Assembly (NCBI RefSeq): GCF_009914755.1 | Contig: NC_060937.1 | Source: the human T2T-CHM13v2.0 reference genome, Homo sapiens | Direction: 5' to 3' (one strand) | Length of the DNA: 64,000 bases | Part shown: in pieces, positions 14,036 to 27,813 of the stretch | How the letters are laid out: each line of letters starts with the position of its first letter | Position numbering within the stretch: position 1 is the first letter of the stretch | Position numbers and translations under genes: made by a program | Notes under the pieces: generated by a model | Database searches by the model: none | What the model saw: only the letters and a program-made list of their open reading frames with translations | What the model was told of the DNA's origin: nothing

Positions 14036-15267
14036 CTCTGCTGCCCACCACACCTAATACTATTTCTACTGCTATTACTACTCCTCCAATGGAAAAAACT
14101 GCTGACACACTGTTTTAGGGTGTGTACTGATCACATTGTTTTATAAAATTTCTGTGTATCACTCTACAGCTAGTTTAAGAGCTCCTTGAGAGTGATTGAA
14201 TTATCTGTTTTGCCCATTTAGCATGCCTGGCCTGTACTAAAAGCTTATTAAATATTTACTGAAGAATGAATTAACCAAGTTCAATAAACATGCAACAATT
14301 TTAATAATTATAAATTATCTAAAAGATCATTTTATTCAACCCTGTATTGATCTCTGTTTTCTATCAGAGATGTTATAAATAAACCATGAATACATAAAAT
14401 TCGAGAATTACTAAAATTGACAAACATTGTGTGTGTATATATATGCATGTGTGTGTGAATATATGTATTATGTATATACAGAAAGAGAGAGAGAAAGCAG
14501 GAAGAACTGTTCGTTAACTCTCTTGATTGTGAATTCTAAATGGAAAATGCAAACAAGTCTTCAGTGTTAAAGTACATTCATACTTTTAATTCGTTTAGCT
14601 CAGTCAGTTTACTTAATTTCAGCATTGCTGAAAGTTGTGTCAGAAGAGACACACCTTCTGAATACCTAAATAGAATTTTGGTGACATTTTTAAAGCATTT
14701 ATTACAGAAAACAGAAGATGCTTTCAGATATTAGTTTTCTGCCTACTGGTCACATTTTTACAAATGTTAGGACTGTTTTCATACAGAGACCATATGGTTG
14801 ACTACAGTAGAATTAAGGAATAAAATTAGAGGTGTGTCTCCAAGGTAGAAGAAAGGAAAACATCAAAATTAGTTGTAATGGTAGAAAAGTAATTCCGTTT
14901 TGGTCTAAAAAATGTATGTTGCTCAGTGCACTGAGCCATGTCTCATCAAATCAACATTTCGTTTGTCTAATTAGAAGTCTATACAACATATTTACTACTT
15001 CCAACAAGAAAGTTTTCCACATAAAATCTTTCTCTTATGAAATTATAAGTGCTTGAAAATAAGTAAATGGGTAAAGCTGTTTTTCTTGAAGAAGAGAGCC
15101 TCATTAAAATGATGACTAACTGAATTATTTGATTTGAATAATTTTAAGTATAATGTAGGCAATTAACTGAAAACAGTAACGACTTTTGAATGTCTCTTAT
15201 TTGGTATATGTTCTGCTAGGTATTATGAATACAGAAATCAGTCTTGTCATGTTACCATTTTGGGTGA

Positions 15268-15312
15268 TCTCTCTTTCTGTCTCTCTCTCTCTATGTGTGT
15301 GTGTGTGTGTGT
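15268..15312. repeat. Compound (CT)n(TG)n microsatellite
   Basis: Seen directly. Confidence 0.9.
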
Positions 15313-15319
15313 ATTTGTG

Positions 15320-15540
15320 CATACTTGTGCTCCAGGCACTGCAGTGGTTACTTTAGATAGATTTCTTCTATTCTTCACAACAAATATTCATTAGATGTTA
15401 GCACCACTTCAAAGATTAAAAAGAAAAACAAATGCAGGCTCAGTGATGTTAAGTAATGTACCTGTTTACCCTGCAATTAAACCTCAAAGCCAGAGTGTGA
15501 TCCTGAATCTGTCTGCTTCCAAAGCCTGTGCTTTGCATAT
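15320..15540 (-). mobile_element. MIR (degraded)
   Basis: CCAGGCACTG...TTCTTCACAACAA...AGGCTCAG...TTAAGTAA...TCCAAAGCCTGTGCT. Confidence 0.55.
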
Positions 15541-16549
15541 CAAATCAAAAGTTCTTCAGAACATGGCCCTGCTCTCACAAATCCATATTGGCAGATAAAT
15601 ACAAATATCAATAATATAGTGTAATAAGCAGTATGTTTGCAGAGATATATAAACAAACCAGAAACCTTGAGTTACCAAAAAGAATCTCTGGGAATGAAGC
15701 AATAAGGATCCCCCAATGAGAGTATATGCTTGAGAAGTGTAGGAATAGGTTTTAACAAATACAGAAGAGAATTTTTTCCAGGTCTACAGGTTCAAAAGCA
15801 AAGGAGAGGCCTATTATTTCAGGCACATTCAAGAAAAAAAATACGTAGTTTGATAATCCCTGAACAAAAAGATACATTAGATAAATATATGGAAATAGAG
15901 AGGTTGGCTAAACTGAAACTGTGAATGCCATGCTGGATGTATTGGACTCTTTCCTTTGGGAAATGGAGAAATTTTGATGATGTATTACTCTGTTTTGTAT
16001 TTTCAAATTCATCCTCTAAATGTCAGAATTTAGAGGATAAATTGGATCAGTGGGATTTAAAGCAGATAATTAGACAATTATTGGCTTAATTCAACAAAAA
16101 GATAACTTGGTGTCCTGGAGAGGACAATAAAAATGAATATTAGAGACTTTTAAAAGTAATATAATCTTAAAACTTTGCCACTAATTGCAAATGGGATGAG
16201 GAAAATTAAATGCTCGAAGTTGATGTCAAGATTTATGGCTTACATGGCATAGTTTTATCAACAGAGAAAGGAAACAAGCTAGCAAGCACACTTGGGGTAA
16301 GGTCATTGGCTAATTTTGCAGATATGTTGAGTTTGATGTTTTTGAGCTGGACCTGATGAATATTTAGAAATCTGGGAATTTGAAGTTAGGAGTTATTTTT
16401 GAAATTGCTTCTTGGTAAGCCTGAGAACTATATTTCCAAGAATTCCTTGCCAGGAGAGTTTAGAAATTTAAACTGATTCTTGCTGTGGGTTGGACTCTAT
16501 GTCACCCCTCTGAGGATAAAGCTGAAATTGTAGTAGCTACCGAGTATGT

Positions 16550-18459
16550 ACAAACCAAATTACAAAATAAAATTGGTAAATCTCTTCTAAAATCAATCAA
16601 GGGAAAAATGATAGAAGACACCAATTAACTTGTAAAGAATAAAAAAAGGGTACATTGCTAATAATAGAATGTAATTATAATAGGATTGCCCTAGTTCATT
16701 CGGGCTGCTATAATAAAATACAATAGATTGGTTAGCTTATAAACAAAATAACTTAATTTCTAATAGTTCTGGAGGCTAGGGAGGTCCAAGATCAATGTGC
16801 TGACAGATACTAAATCTGGAAATGTTCCATTTCTTGGTTTATAAATGGGCCCTTCTTGCTGTGCCTTCTCATGGCCAAAGGGCCTAGCTAGTACACTGGA
16901 CCTCTTTCATAAGGGCACTAACCACAATTATAAGAGCTCTGCCCTCATGGCCTAATCACCTCCCAAATACCACACCTCTTAATATCAACCGCTTGGTGGT
17001 TTGGATTTTACAATATGAGTTTTGGGAGAACACAGACATTTGGACAATGGCAAAGATATAAAGAATAACTCTATGCCAACATGCATGAACAATTACATAC
17101 ACATCAAGAAATTTTTAGGAAAAAAAACTTTCTTATGTTGACAAAAAATTATGAATGGTTCTATATTTGTTATAGTAATTTATTCTGTGATTTAAAATCT
17201 TTAAATCTTAAAAAGATACAATTCCATAAGGCTTCACTAGTAAGGTTTTGCAACCATTTTAGGAAGGCATGACATCGTTCTCATACCAAGTATGCTAAAG
17301 ATAAGAAAAAGGGATGGCTAGTCCCAACATATTTTATAAAGCCAGCATATAATTTAAATTAAAGAATGTTAAAGAGATTGCAAGAAAGAAAAATAACAGC
17401 CCATTTTCTCTATGAATAATTACTTCAGATCCTAAACAAAATATGTGTAACAGGAATCGGTGATATATTGAAATAATAACACATACAGACCAATATTGTT
17501 TTATTCCAGAGATGCAAGCTTGGTTTGATATTCAAATAACAATTCGTATAGGCATCAAAATAAATACAAATAAGCAAAGTAGAGGAGAAAATGTATATGC
17601 ATAAGCAACTCAGTAGAAACATAACAATATTTGATAAAATTTAACTTCCACGTGATAAAAATTAGACACTACTACTAAGGGGAAATCCCTTAACATGATA
17701 AGTTTCTAAAAAGAAAATCCATGAACAAACTCCAAAGGCTGTAATTAAATGTAAATAATTAAAAGATTTCTCTTGATATTTGAAATGCAAAAAACATACT
17801 TTAAGTACTAATTCTGTTCCATAATTACTGTAGTAGATACTCAATAAAATAAGACTGATATCTAAAAAACCCAAAAATGTAAGGATTAAAGAGAAATAAA
17901 ATCACTCTTACTGACAAATGATGCAATTGTGTATCTGTAAAATCCCTAAAATTTCCAAAGCTAATCATGATTATAATTAATAACTGATTTTAGCAAGACT
18001 ATTGGATATAAGCTTAATTTCATAAAATCATATTCCTCATTTCCAACAACATACTTTAGAAAATATTTTAAAATATACCATTAAAATGCCATTAAAATAT
18101 CAGATAATTAGGAATTAATCTAACTGAAGATATACAAGATGTATAGCATGAGACTATATGACATTGAGAGGAATTAAATGAGATCTGAATAAATGCAGGA
18201 ATAGATCATGTCCCTGGACTGGAAAACTCAATATTGTAATATTGTTTATTCTCCAAAAATTAATCTGGATATTCAGTAAAATTCCAGTAAAATTTAATCT
18301 ATGTGTGTTTATGTATTTAAATTGGCAAGCAGATTCTAAATCAATTGGAGGAACGCAAATAGCCAAGAACACTCAAATTTTAAGAAGTACAAAGTTAGAA
18401 GACATTATGCTTCTGCATAGTAATACTTATTATAAAGCGGTATTAAATGTTATATTGTG
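16550..18459 (+). mobile_element. Ancient L1 (L1MC/MD/ME-type) ORF2 remnant, left part; interrupted by a MaLR LTR and a younger L1
   Basis: A-rich strand; degenerate ORF2 motifs (CTCTATGCCAAC, AGAGATGCAAGCTTGGTTTGATATT, TGGATTGGAA-like ACTGGAAAACTCAATATTG). Confidence 0.7.
16687..17052 (-). mobile_element. MaLR solo LTR (MLT1A/MSTD-like)
   Basis: TG..CTAGTTCATTCGGGCTGCTATAA start, AGTTCTGGAGGCT..GTCCAAGATCAA, CCTAATCACCTCCCAAA; near-TSD AGGAT/AAGAT. Confidence 0.8.
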
Positions 18460-21400
18460 GAAGATGGCTGACTAGATTAACCTGGTACACATCTCCTGGA
18501 CAACGAAGAAGCAAAATAGCAAGTAGATAATCACACTTTGAATAGACGATGTAAGAGAAAATGCTGGAATAAAACAGAGAAATGACAGGAAACACCCAAA
18601 TCAAGGAAGAAGAGGGAAGCAAGGCAGCCTGGTTAGCCACCTGGGATTTGTTGGGAGCCCACAGAGGCACCCCAACTTAGGGAAAGGGTAAGTGGGAGAC
18701 CCCCAGTGGTCCCATTCCCACTCCTAGCCATGGGAAAGCCCCTCAACCCTCATGGGCCCTAAGACTAACACAGGGAGCTTCTGAGAGACTGTACAACAGC
18801 ATTCCTCCAGAGGAGCATAATAGCTTGTGCTGCATTCCACACTCTCCCTGAATTTTAAGCAGCTGCAGCATGGTGCCATTTGAGATCTCAGTCCCCAACA
18901 GACTGTATCCTGTCCTGTGGCTAAACACATCGCTACAACTCTGGAGCCCCATTGATATCACCTGCCTGCAGTGACAGTTGCAGCTGGTTACTACCAGCAG
19001 GGTCAAAGCATGAGCAGTTTACAAGCACCCTGAGGACAGCCTATGCAGCCTGCAGCTGCCACCTATGGCTGAAGTACACACTCTCCAGCTGCCTGCCTAC
19101 AGTACATCTGCTGCCACTGAAAGCCAACCACCCTCCCCAGCCACTGCTGCTCCAACCAGAACATTTCACCAGGGGCTTGAGAATCACCTCCCCAGTGCCT
19201 ACCACAGCCACCACCTGTATGCAGCACTGGGGAGCCTGAAGACAGGCCCACCCAGTTCAGTTTTCTCCCCCCCACCCCAATACTCAAGCATGCCACCTGG
19301 TGGCATGGATCTTGCCCAGCCTTGTGCACAACTATTGGCTCCTGAGTGCTTTTTCCAGGAGCAGGAGGTTGGGCCCACCCAACCTGCCATTGTCATCACA
19401 GCTGGCACCCACCAGCATGCATTACTTATGGGCCTGGGGACTGGCCTGCCCAGCCCATTGCAGCTCCCATCAACACCAATAAGGACCTCTTGGGAGGCAC
19501 AGGGTTTTCCTGCCACTGCTGCTGCCATTGCTAATGCCATGTCATACTGCCTAGAAGCTTGAGGATCCACTACCTGCCTGGCCCACAGCTGTCACTGTAG
19601 CACCCAAGAAAGCCGCCAGAAATGGCCTGCCTGTGCCCACTAAAACTGTATACACCATCCTGGATCCCAAGGAAAGGCATGCTAGGCCCACTGTTTCCAC
19701 CACTGGGGCCTGGAGACTGACCTACCTGGCATCCCTATCTCCAGCAAGACTTTACCACAGCTTCCTCTAATGACTGCAAGGCACTAAGGAAATCAGAGAC
19801 AATACTACCCTGTTTACAGCTGAAGAAATCATATGGAAACTACACTAATGTGCACACCCAGAATCAAAGCCAAAGTACCCTATCCAATTATTAATAACAC
19901 CAGAGATACATTATCAGGAAAAAGTCCTTCCCTGTGAAAGCAAATTTTAAAAATAGGAAGAAGGGGCTTGTAAAAGAGATGTGAAGATATCAAAGTAAGG
20001 ACACAAGAAACATGAAAAAGCAAGGAAATTCAACACCTCCAAAGGGACACAATAATCTTTCAGGAACAGGTTGCAAGCAAAAATAAATTTTTGAAAACCA
20101 AGAAAAATAATTCAAAATAATGATATTAAATAAGCACAGTGAGATGCAAGAGAACAGAGAAAGACATTACAAAGAAACCAGAAAAACAATTGAGGATATA
20201 AATGAGAAATTTACCAAAGAGGTACATATCATAGTAAAAAAATGGAAATTCTGGGACTGAGGAATTCATTGAATTAAATTTAAAAAGTACATTTGAAACT
20301 TTCAACAATAAACTATATCAAGCGGAAGAAAGAATTTGAGAACTTGAAGACAAGTCTTTTGAAATAACTCAGAAAAAGATTTTGTAAAAACGTTTTTAAG
20401 TGAACAAACCCTATATGACATGTGGAACACCATAAAGCAACCAAATATTCACATTTTAGGTATCCCAGGAGGTGAAGACAAAGGGAAAGGAATAGAAAAC
20501 CTATTTAATGAAATAATAGCTGAAAATTTCCCAAATCAGCTCGAGATTTAGATATCCAGATACAGGAAGCTCGGAGATCCCCAAATACATACAATTCAAA
20601 AAGGTCTTCTCTATGGCAAATTTCAAAAATCAAATACAAAGAGGGATTGTAAAAATAGCAAGAGAAAAGCACTTAGTCACTTATAAAGGAACAATCAGCA
20701 GATTTCTCAGCAGAAACCTTACAGGTCAGGAGAGAATGGGATGATATATGCAAAGTGATGAAAGAAAAAACTATCAGCCAAGGATACAGCAAAGTTATCC
20801 TTTATAAATAAAGGAGAAACAAAGTCTTCCCCAGACATACAAAAGCTGAGGGGATTTTTCACCACTAGACTAGCCCTATAAGAAATATTTAAGGGAGTCC
20901 CACACCTGGAAGCAGGAGGATGATATCTACCATCATAAAAACACATGAAAATTTAAACCCCCGGTTAGAGCAAACATTACGAAAAAAGGAAAAGAAAAAA
21001 CTCAAAAATTACCACTACAGAAGATTACCAAAGCACAATGATAAAAAATAAGAGAAAGAAATGAACAAAAGATAAACAAAACAACCAAAAATCAATTAAT
21101 AAATGACAAAAATGAGCACTCACATATTGATAATAACCTTGAATATAAACATATTGAACTGCCCACTTAAATGATATAGACTGGTTGATTTTTTTTTTAA
21201 AGAAAGCATGATTCAACCATATACTGCCTACAAGAAACTCATCTCACCCCTAAAGACACATATAGACTGAAAGTAAAGTGGGGGAAACAGATACTCCATG
21301 CAAACATAGACCAAAAAACTAGCAGAGGTAGCTATACCTATGTTAGATAAAACAGATGTTAAGTCAAAAACTGTAAAAAGAAAAAAAAAAAAGGTCATTA

Positions 21401-22158
21401 TATAATGATAAAGGGATCAACTCAGCAAGAGGATATAATAATTCTAAACATATGTGCGCCCAAGGTCAGAGCACCCAGATATTTAAAGTATATTATTAGT
21501 GCAAAGGGAGGGAGACTCCACTACAATAATAGTTGGGGACTTCTGCACTCCATTCTCAGCATTAGACAGATCATCTAGACAGAAAATTAGCAAAGAAACA
21601 TTGGACTTAAATTGCATTTTAAACTTCATGGACCTAACAGACATTTACATTTCATTGAACAGCTACAGAATACTCATTCTTCTCATTGGCACATGGAACA
21701 TTCTCCAGGATAGGTCATATGTTAGGACATGAAAGAAATCTCAACAAAAACAATTTTAAAAATCAAAATCCTACAGTATCTTTTCACAACATAATGAAAT
21801 AACATTAGAAATCCATAACAAGAGGAACTCAGGAAACTGTACAAATACATGGAAATTAAACAACATGCTCCTGAATTACAACTGGGTCAAGGAAGAAATT
21901 AAGGAGGAAATAACAAAGTTTCTTGAAACAAATGAAAACCTAAACACAACATACTCAAATCTATGGAATACAGCAAAAACTGTGCTAAGAGGGAAGCTGA
22001 TAGTAATCCACACCTACATCAGAAAAACCAGTAAGATTTCAAATAAATAATCTAATAATGCACCTTGAGTAACTGGAAAATCAAGAACAAACAAAACCCC
22101 AAATTGCTAGAAGGAAAGGAATAACAAAGATCCGAGCAGAACCAAACAGAATGGAGAC

Positions 22159-22207
<49 letters not shown>

Positions 22208-24430
22208 CAATGATGAAACAGAAAGTTGGTTTTTTGAAAAAATAAACTAAATTGATAACCCACTAGGAAGATTAACCAATAAAAAAAAGACACAAATAAA
22301 CAAAATCAAAAATGAAATGGGAAACACTTCAGCTGATACCACAGAAATACAAAGATCATCAGAGATTATTATGAACAACTATATACTCACAAACAGGAAA
22401 ACCTAGAAGAAATGGATAAATTATACATACAAACTATTAACACTGAATGACAAATAAATAGAAAATCTGAACAGACTAATAATGAGTGATGAGACTCAGT
22501 CAGGAGTAAGAAGCCTCCTAACAAAGAAAAGTCCAGGACTGAATGACTTCACTGCCAAATTCTACCAAACTATCAAAGAAGAACTAATACTAGTTCTCCT
22601 CAAACTGTTCCAAAAACATGAGGAGGAAGGAATTCTCCTTAACTAATTTTATAAGGCCAGCACTAGCCTGATACCAAAACCAGCTTAGGACACAACAAAA
22701 AGAAAAACTACAGGCCAATATCCCTGATGAACATAGACACAAAATTTCTCATAAAAATACTAGCAAACTAAATTCCATAGCACATCAAAAGGATAATATA
22801 CCGTGATTTCAAATAATATAACATAAGATTTCATATTGTAATATGTAATAATATATCGTAAGATATCATGATTGAGTGGGATTTTCCCAGGGATGCAAGG
22901 ATGGTTCAACACTTGCAAACCAGCAAACGTCATGCATCATATCAACAGAATTAGGGACAAAAGCCAGATGCAGGAAAAGCACTTGATAAAATTCAACATC
23001 TCTTTATGATAAAAACTTTAAGCAAGTTTTTAACTAGGCATAGAAGGAATATACTTCAACATTATAAAGGCAAACCCAAAACCAGCATCATACTGAATGA
23101 GGAAAAGCCGAAAGCCTTTCCTCTAAGAACTGGACAAGACTTTTAACACTGCTATTCAACATAGTACTGAAAATCCTAGCCAGAGAAATCAGGCAAGAAA
23201 AAGAAATAAATTTATCCAAATTGGAAAAGAGGAAGTCAAAGTGTCCCTCTTTACTGATAATATGATCTTATTCTAAAAAAAAAAACTAAAAACTTCACCA
23301 AAATACTCTTTACAGCTGATAAATGAATTCAGTAAAGTTTCAGGATACAAAATAAATATGCAAAAATCAGTGGCATACCTATGTATCAATAATGAACTAA
23401 CTGAAAGAAATCAAGAAAACAATCTCACTTACAATGGCTACAAAAAAATAAAATACTTAGTAATAAATTTAACCAAGAAGGTGAAAGACCTTAACAGATA
23501 AAACCACAAAACACTGATAAAGGAAACTAAACATGAACAAATGGAAAGACATCCCTTGCTTTCCAATCAATATTATTAAAATGACTGTCTTAGCCAAAGC
23601 AATCTATAGATACAATGCCACCTCTATAAAAAGACCAATTTCATTTTACATAGAAATAGAAAAACAACTCTAAAATTTGTGGAACCAAAAAGAGTCCAAA
23701 TACTCAAAATAATCCTAGGCAAAAACAATAAAGCTGGAGGCGTCACACAACTTGATTTCAAAATATATTACAAGGCTATAGTAAAACAACATGGTATGTA
23801 TATAAAAAGAGACGTGGATAAATGGAACAGAATGATGAGCCCAGAAATAAATCTACATATGTACAGCTACACATTTATGTATTTTTGATAGAGGTGTCAA
23901 GAACATACACTGGGGAAAAGACACCCTCTTCAAAAAGTGGTGCTGGGAAAATTGGATATCCATATAAAGAGAATGAAAATAGACTCCTGTGTTTCACATA
24001 TACAAAAATCAATTTAAGATAAAGACCTGACACTATAAAACTTCTAGAAGACAACATAAGGGAAACACTCCAGGATATGAGTCTAGGCAAAGATTTTATG
24101 GTTGAGACCTCAAAAGCACTGGCAACAAAAAGAAAAATAGACAAATGGAGCTATATTAAACTTAAAAAAAAACTTCTCCATAGAAAAGGAAACAATGAAC
24201 AGAGTGACGAGGCAAACTGTTGAAATGAAAAGAAAATATTTGCCAACTATTGATCTGACAAGTGGCTAATGTCCAGAATATAAAGAAACTGAAGTAACTA
24301 AACAAGTAAATACTCAGGGTAATGGAAACTCTAAATACTCTGACTTAATCATTACACATTCTATGCATGTAATAAAGTGTCACATGTACCTTGTATATAT
24401 ATATACAAATATTATGTAGCAATTTAAAAA
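18460..24430 (+). mobile_element. Near full-length older L1 (L1MA1-4-like 3' end): GC-rich 5'UTR, decayed ORF1 and ORF2, internal 3' deletion near 24306
   Basis: 5' AAGATGGCTGACTAGA; decayed peptides TIIVGDFCTP (EN), [22 protein letters not shown]...DFKIYYKA; L1MA tail ATCATTACACATTCTATGCATGTA; probable TSD core ATATTGTG at 18452-18459 and 24432-24439. Confidence 0.88.
22160..22206. repeat. (CA)n microsatellite inside L1
   Basis: About 23 uninterrupted CA units. Confidence 0.95.
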
Positions 24431-24439
24431 GATATTGTG

Positions 24440-25100
24440 ATTAGTGAAAGGATAGACAAATAGAATGATGGAACTGAATAGAGCCCTGACTAGACACATT
24501 TACAGTCACTTGATTGATGCCCCAGGTGACTGACAATACCAACTGTCATAGTATGTGGAGTAATTGGAACACTCATACACTGGCATTAAGAGTGTAAATA
24601 CGTGTAAACTTATGATTTCATGTGGAATTCTGTTAGAATTCCAATTCTAACAGAAATGCACATGTGTAACAAAGGAATGTTTGCAGGAGTTAGGAATAAA
24701 CAAAGGATTGTTATTCATAATAACACAGCAGAAAACAAACTCATATGTCCTCAAAAGTTGAATGGACAAATTATGGAATATTCATAAATTATGTTCATGC
24801 ATATGATACGGCAATAAGTAAAGATAACTATTGTGTCATGCATCGTAGGTGGATCTCACTAGCGTAATACTGAGCCAAATAAGTAAAACACAGAGGCATT
24901 ATCTATGGTCCCACAGAAGTTCAAAGGATCCAATATTAAGAGAAGGGAGTTTGTGATTGATGAGGAGGGAGACGTGGGTTCCTCTGATATGCAAGTTATA
25001 TGCTATTTCTGGATCTGGTCAGAAGTTAACTTCTCATTTTGGGAAAATGTATAAATCTGTAACTTTTTCTATATCTACATGTCAGAAACATTTTTATATC
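24440..25100 (+). mobile_element. Ancient L1, right part (continuation of the 16550-18459 element, 3' end)
   Basis: GATAGACAAATAGA..ATGGAAC resumes ORF2 where it was interrupted; ATTGGAACACTCATACACTG and GGATCTCAC..CGTAATACTGAG 3'UTR motifs. Confidence 0.65.
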
Positions 25101-26104
25101 AAAGACAAAGTAAAAGTAGCAAGTGATTCATAAAAGAGATTACCTTTGAAAACTATGGAGGATGTTCTTCATATGGTTAAATTCATTTGACAGTTAAATT
25201 TAGACAAAGATTAAGAAGTGTTTATTAAATTTCATAGCTAGAAGGTCGTTGGCAATTTTCCTAAGAGTGTTTTCTATGGAGTAGTGGGGGTTGAAAACAG
25301 GCTGAAGTGTGCTGAAGAGCTCCTGGGTGGCATGGCAGTGTTAGAAAATGCCAAAATGATAAGACTTCTTTTGAAACTGAAATTAACATCCTTTTGCCAT
25401 GAATACAGAATTTTATTGGAGAAATCCCAAAGTTTTTTCTCAATATCTATTCTCTTCTTCAACTACTTTGTATTTAAATACCTAGAGAAATAAATATTTC
25501 CTGACTTAAAGATAGTCACAACATAGAAATTAATTTCCTTTTAGTGTGGTCTGTGTGAGCTCTGGAGTAGATGGCCAATAAAAATTAGAATGTTTTTATA
25601 CATTTTTGGCATTTATCTAATAGACTTAATTGCTAAAAATTTTGGGGAGGGTTGTTGCACAGTCTTAGTATTAGTTTAATGTACCTATATATTCTCACCC
25701 ATACCTTCAAACACACATTTTGAAATTTCCATTATGACTCATCCATGGCAAATAAAATGGACTCTCAGTAGTTGTAGCTATAACCTATGCTTAATAGACA
25801 TATCATATTGTGAAAAAAAATGAGGTGGAGTTTTGCATCACAGTGGGAGTTCTCTATTAACCATTAGTTATACCTACTGAAAGCAGGTTGAGAAATGATT
25901 CTGCTGGTAACAAAATTATTATATATGGTAGAGGTCATATAATAGTGGCCTTCAGGCCAATTTAGCCTACTGGTGTGTTTTGTTTCCTATATTCCTCAGT
26001 TATTGTTTTCATTTTTTTGATATATTTAAATGCCAGAAGGCAGTACCTATGTTCTCTAGTTTGTCACTATTCCATGTGCCTTATTATTTCTGCCTTCTGG
26101 GTGG

Positions 26105-26265
26105 AAGTATAGAATAGTGACTAAGTGTGGGCTCTGGGGTCAGCCCACTTGAGTTTGAATCCTGTTTCTACTGGTTACTATGTGTCTTTGGGCAGTTACT
26201 TAATATTTCTGTACCTCTGACTTCTCATCTTCAAACAGGGAATTGCATAATTTTGTACCTATTAG
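26105..26265 (+). mobile_element. MIR
   Basis: GGCTCTGGGGTCAG...GAGTTTGAATCCTG...TTGGGCAGTTACTTAA...TCTGTACCTC. Confidence 0.75.
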
Positions 26266-27099
26266 GTACAGGTATAAAGTCCAAAATTATAGAGCTGAGT
26301 AGTGCTTAGGAATGAAGCAATATGAAGGAATAGGAATCCTAATTCCCTGCTGCTGGGAGCACAGGGTTTGCAGAAACTATATGGAAAGCAAGGTGACAAA
26401 GTTTAGGTAAGTATATCCACAGGTTTTGAATCCAATTTTACCCTTCTGTGTATACGTATTTCCCCCAAATTTTCAAAAATTTGCACATATTTCTACATGT
26501 TCTCTTACAGAAGTTCCCTATGTGTACATAAGGGAATGTGTAGCAGCACATTTAGTGAACATTTGTAACAAAGAGAACACATAAAGTCAAAATGGAAACA
26601 TTTGTTTTGGAAGGCCTGAACAACCTTGGTATCTATTGTTGGAAGTGTAGATTGGTCATATGTAGCAGAGACACATTATGGAATACTTTACAGCAGTTAG
26701 ACACAATAAATTAAGTGCAACAGGCATGAAGCTTAATGTACAAAATGCACAGTTTGCAGGAACAGAGACAAAAAGATAATGATTAAAATTATTAACTGAT
26801 TGGGAGAGGTGGGAAGTAATGGCAGTGGGGGTATAAGAATAGGGATAAATAAATAAAACACAGATAATAATATCGATATGCCACAATCTGATGGGGTATT
26901 TTGAGCTCATACCACTGCACCTGTGGTCCAAAATGAAATTAAATGGAAGAAGCATCAATCATAGAACACCTTCTTCGTACAAGATGTGATGATAAACAAG
27001 TTAATGCTTTTACACTGTTGGTGGGACTGTAAACTAGTTCAACCATTGTGGAAGACAGTGTGGGGATTCCTCAGGGATCTAAAATTAGAAATACCATTT

Positions 27100-27813
27100 T
27101 GTGTTTGGAATTGGTGGGTTCTTGGTCTCGCCGACTTCAAGAATGAAGCCATGGACTCTCGCGGTGTTACAGTTCTTAAAGATGGTGTGTCCAGAGTTTT
27201 TTCCTTCTGATGTTCAGAGGTCTCCAGAGTTTCTTCCTTCTGGTGGGTTCATGGTCTCACTGACTTCAGGATTGAAGCTGCAGACCTTCACAGTGAGTGT
27301 TACAGCTCACAAAGGCAGTGCAGACCCAAAGAGTGAGCAGCAGCAAGATTTCTTGCAAACAGTGAAAGAACAAAGCCTCCAAAGGGTGGAAAGAGACCCC
27401 AGCAGGTTGCTGGTGTGGGCTCCGTGGCCTGCTTTTATTCCCTTATTTGGTCCCACCCACATCCTGCTGATTGGTCCATTTTACAGGGAGTTGATTGGTC
27501 CATTATACAGAGTGCTGATTGGTCTGTTTTACAGAGTGCTGATTGGTCTGTTTTGACAGAGTGCTGATTGGTGCATTTATAAATCTTTAGCTAGACACAA
27601 AGTGCTGATTGGTGTATTTACAATCCTTTAGCTAAACAGAAATGTTCTCCAAGTCCCCTACCCGATTAGCTAGACACAGAGCACTGATTGGTGTGTTTAC
27701 AAACCTTTAGCTAGACATAGAGCGCTGATTGGTGCATTTATAATCCTTTAGCTAGACAGAAAAGTTCTCCAAATCCCCATCCCACCCAAAAGCCCAGCCA
27801 GCTTCACCTCTCA
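27100..27813 (-). mobile_element. LTR12-family (ERV9) solo LTR, 714 bp
   Basis: Termini TGTGTTTGGAATTGGTGGGTTCTTGG ... CAGCTTCACCTCTCA; tandem GCTGATTGG repeats; 4-bp TSD ATTT at 27096-27099 and 27814-27817. Confidence 0.93.
27430..27735 (-). promoter_or_regulatory. LTR12 U3 enhancer/promoter: ~8 CCAAT (NF-Y) boxes upstream of an AATAAAAG TATA-like box
   Basis: Repeated TGATTGG on + strand between ~27468 and ~27732; GCTTTTATTCC at ~27431. Confidence 0.7.

Noticed and set aside
18724-19570. Stack of overlapping 60-165 aa ORFs suggesting a gene or CpG island
   Set aside because: They lie in the GC-rich, CpG-depleted 5'UTR of an old L1; long ORFs on both strands are expected from composition
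27460-27780. Repeat-spacer-like array resembling CRISPR
   Set aside because: It is the tandem CCAAT-containing U3 repeat of LTR12; the units repeat entirely and the DNA is primate
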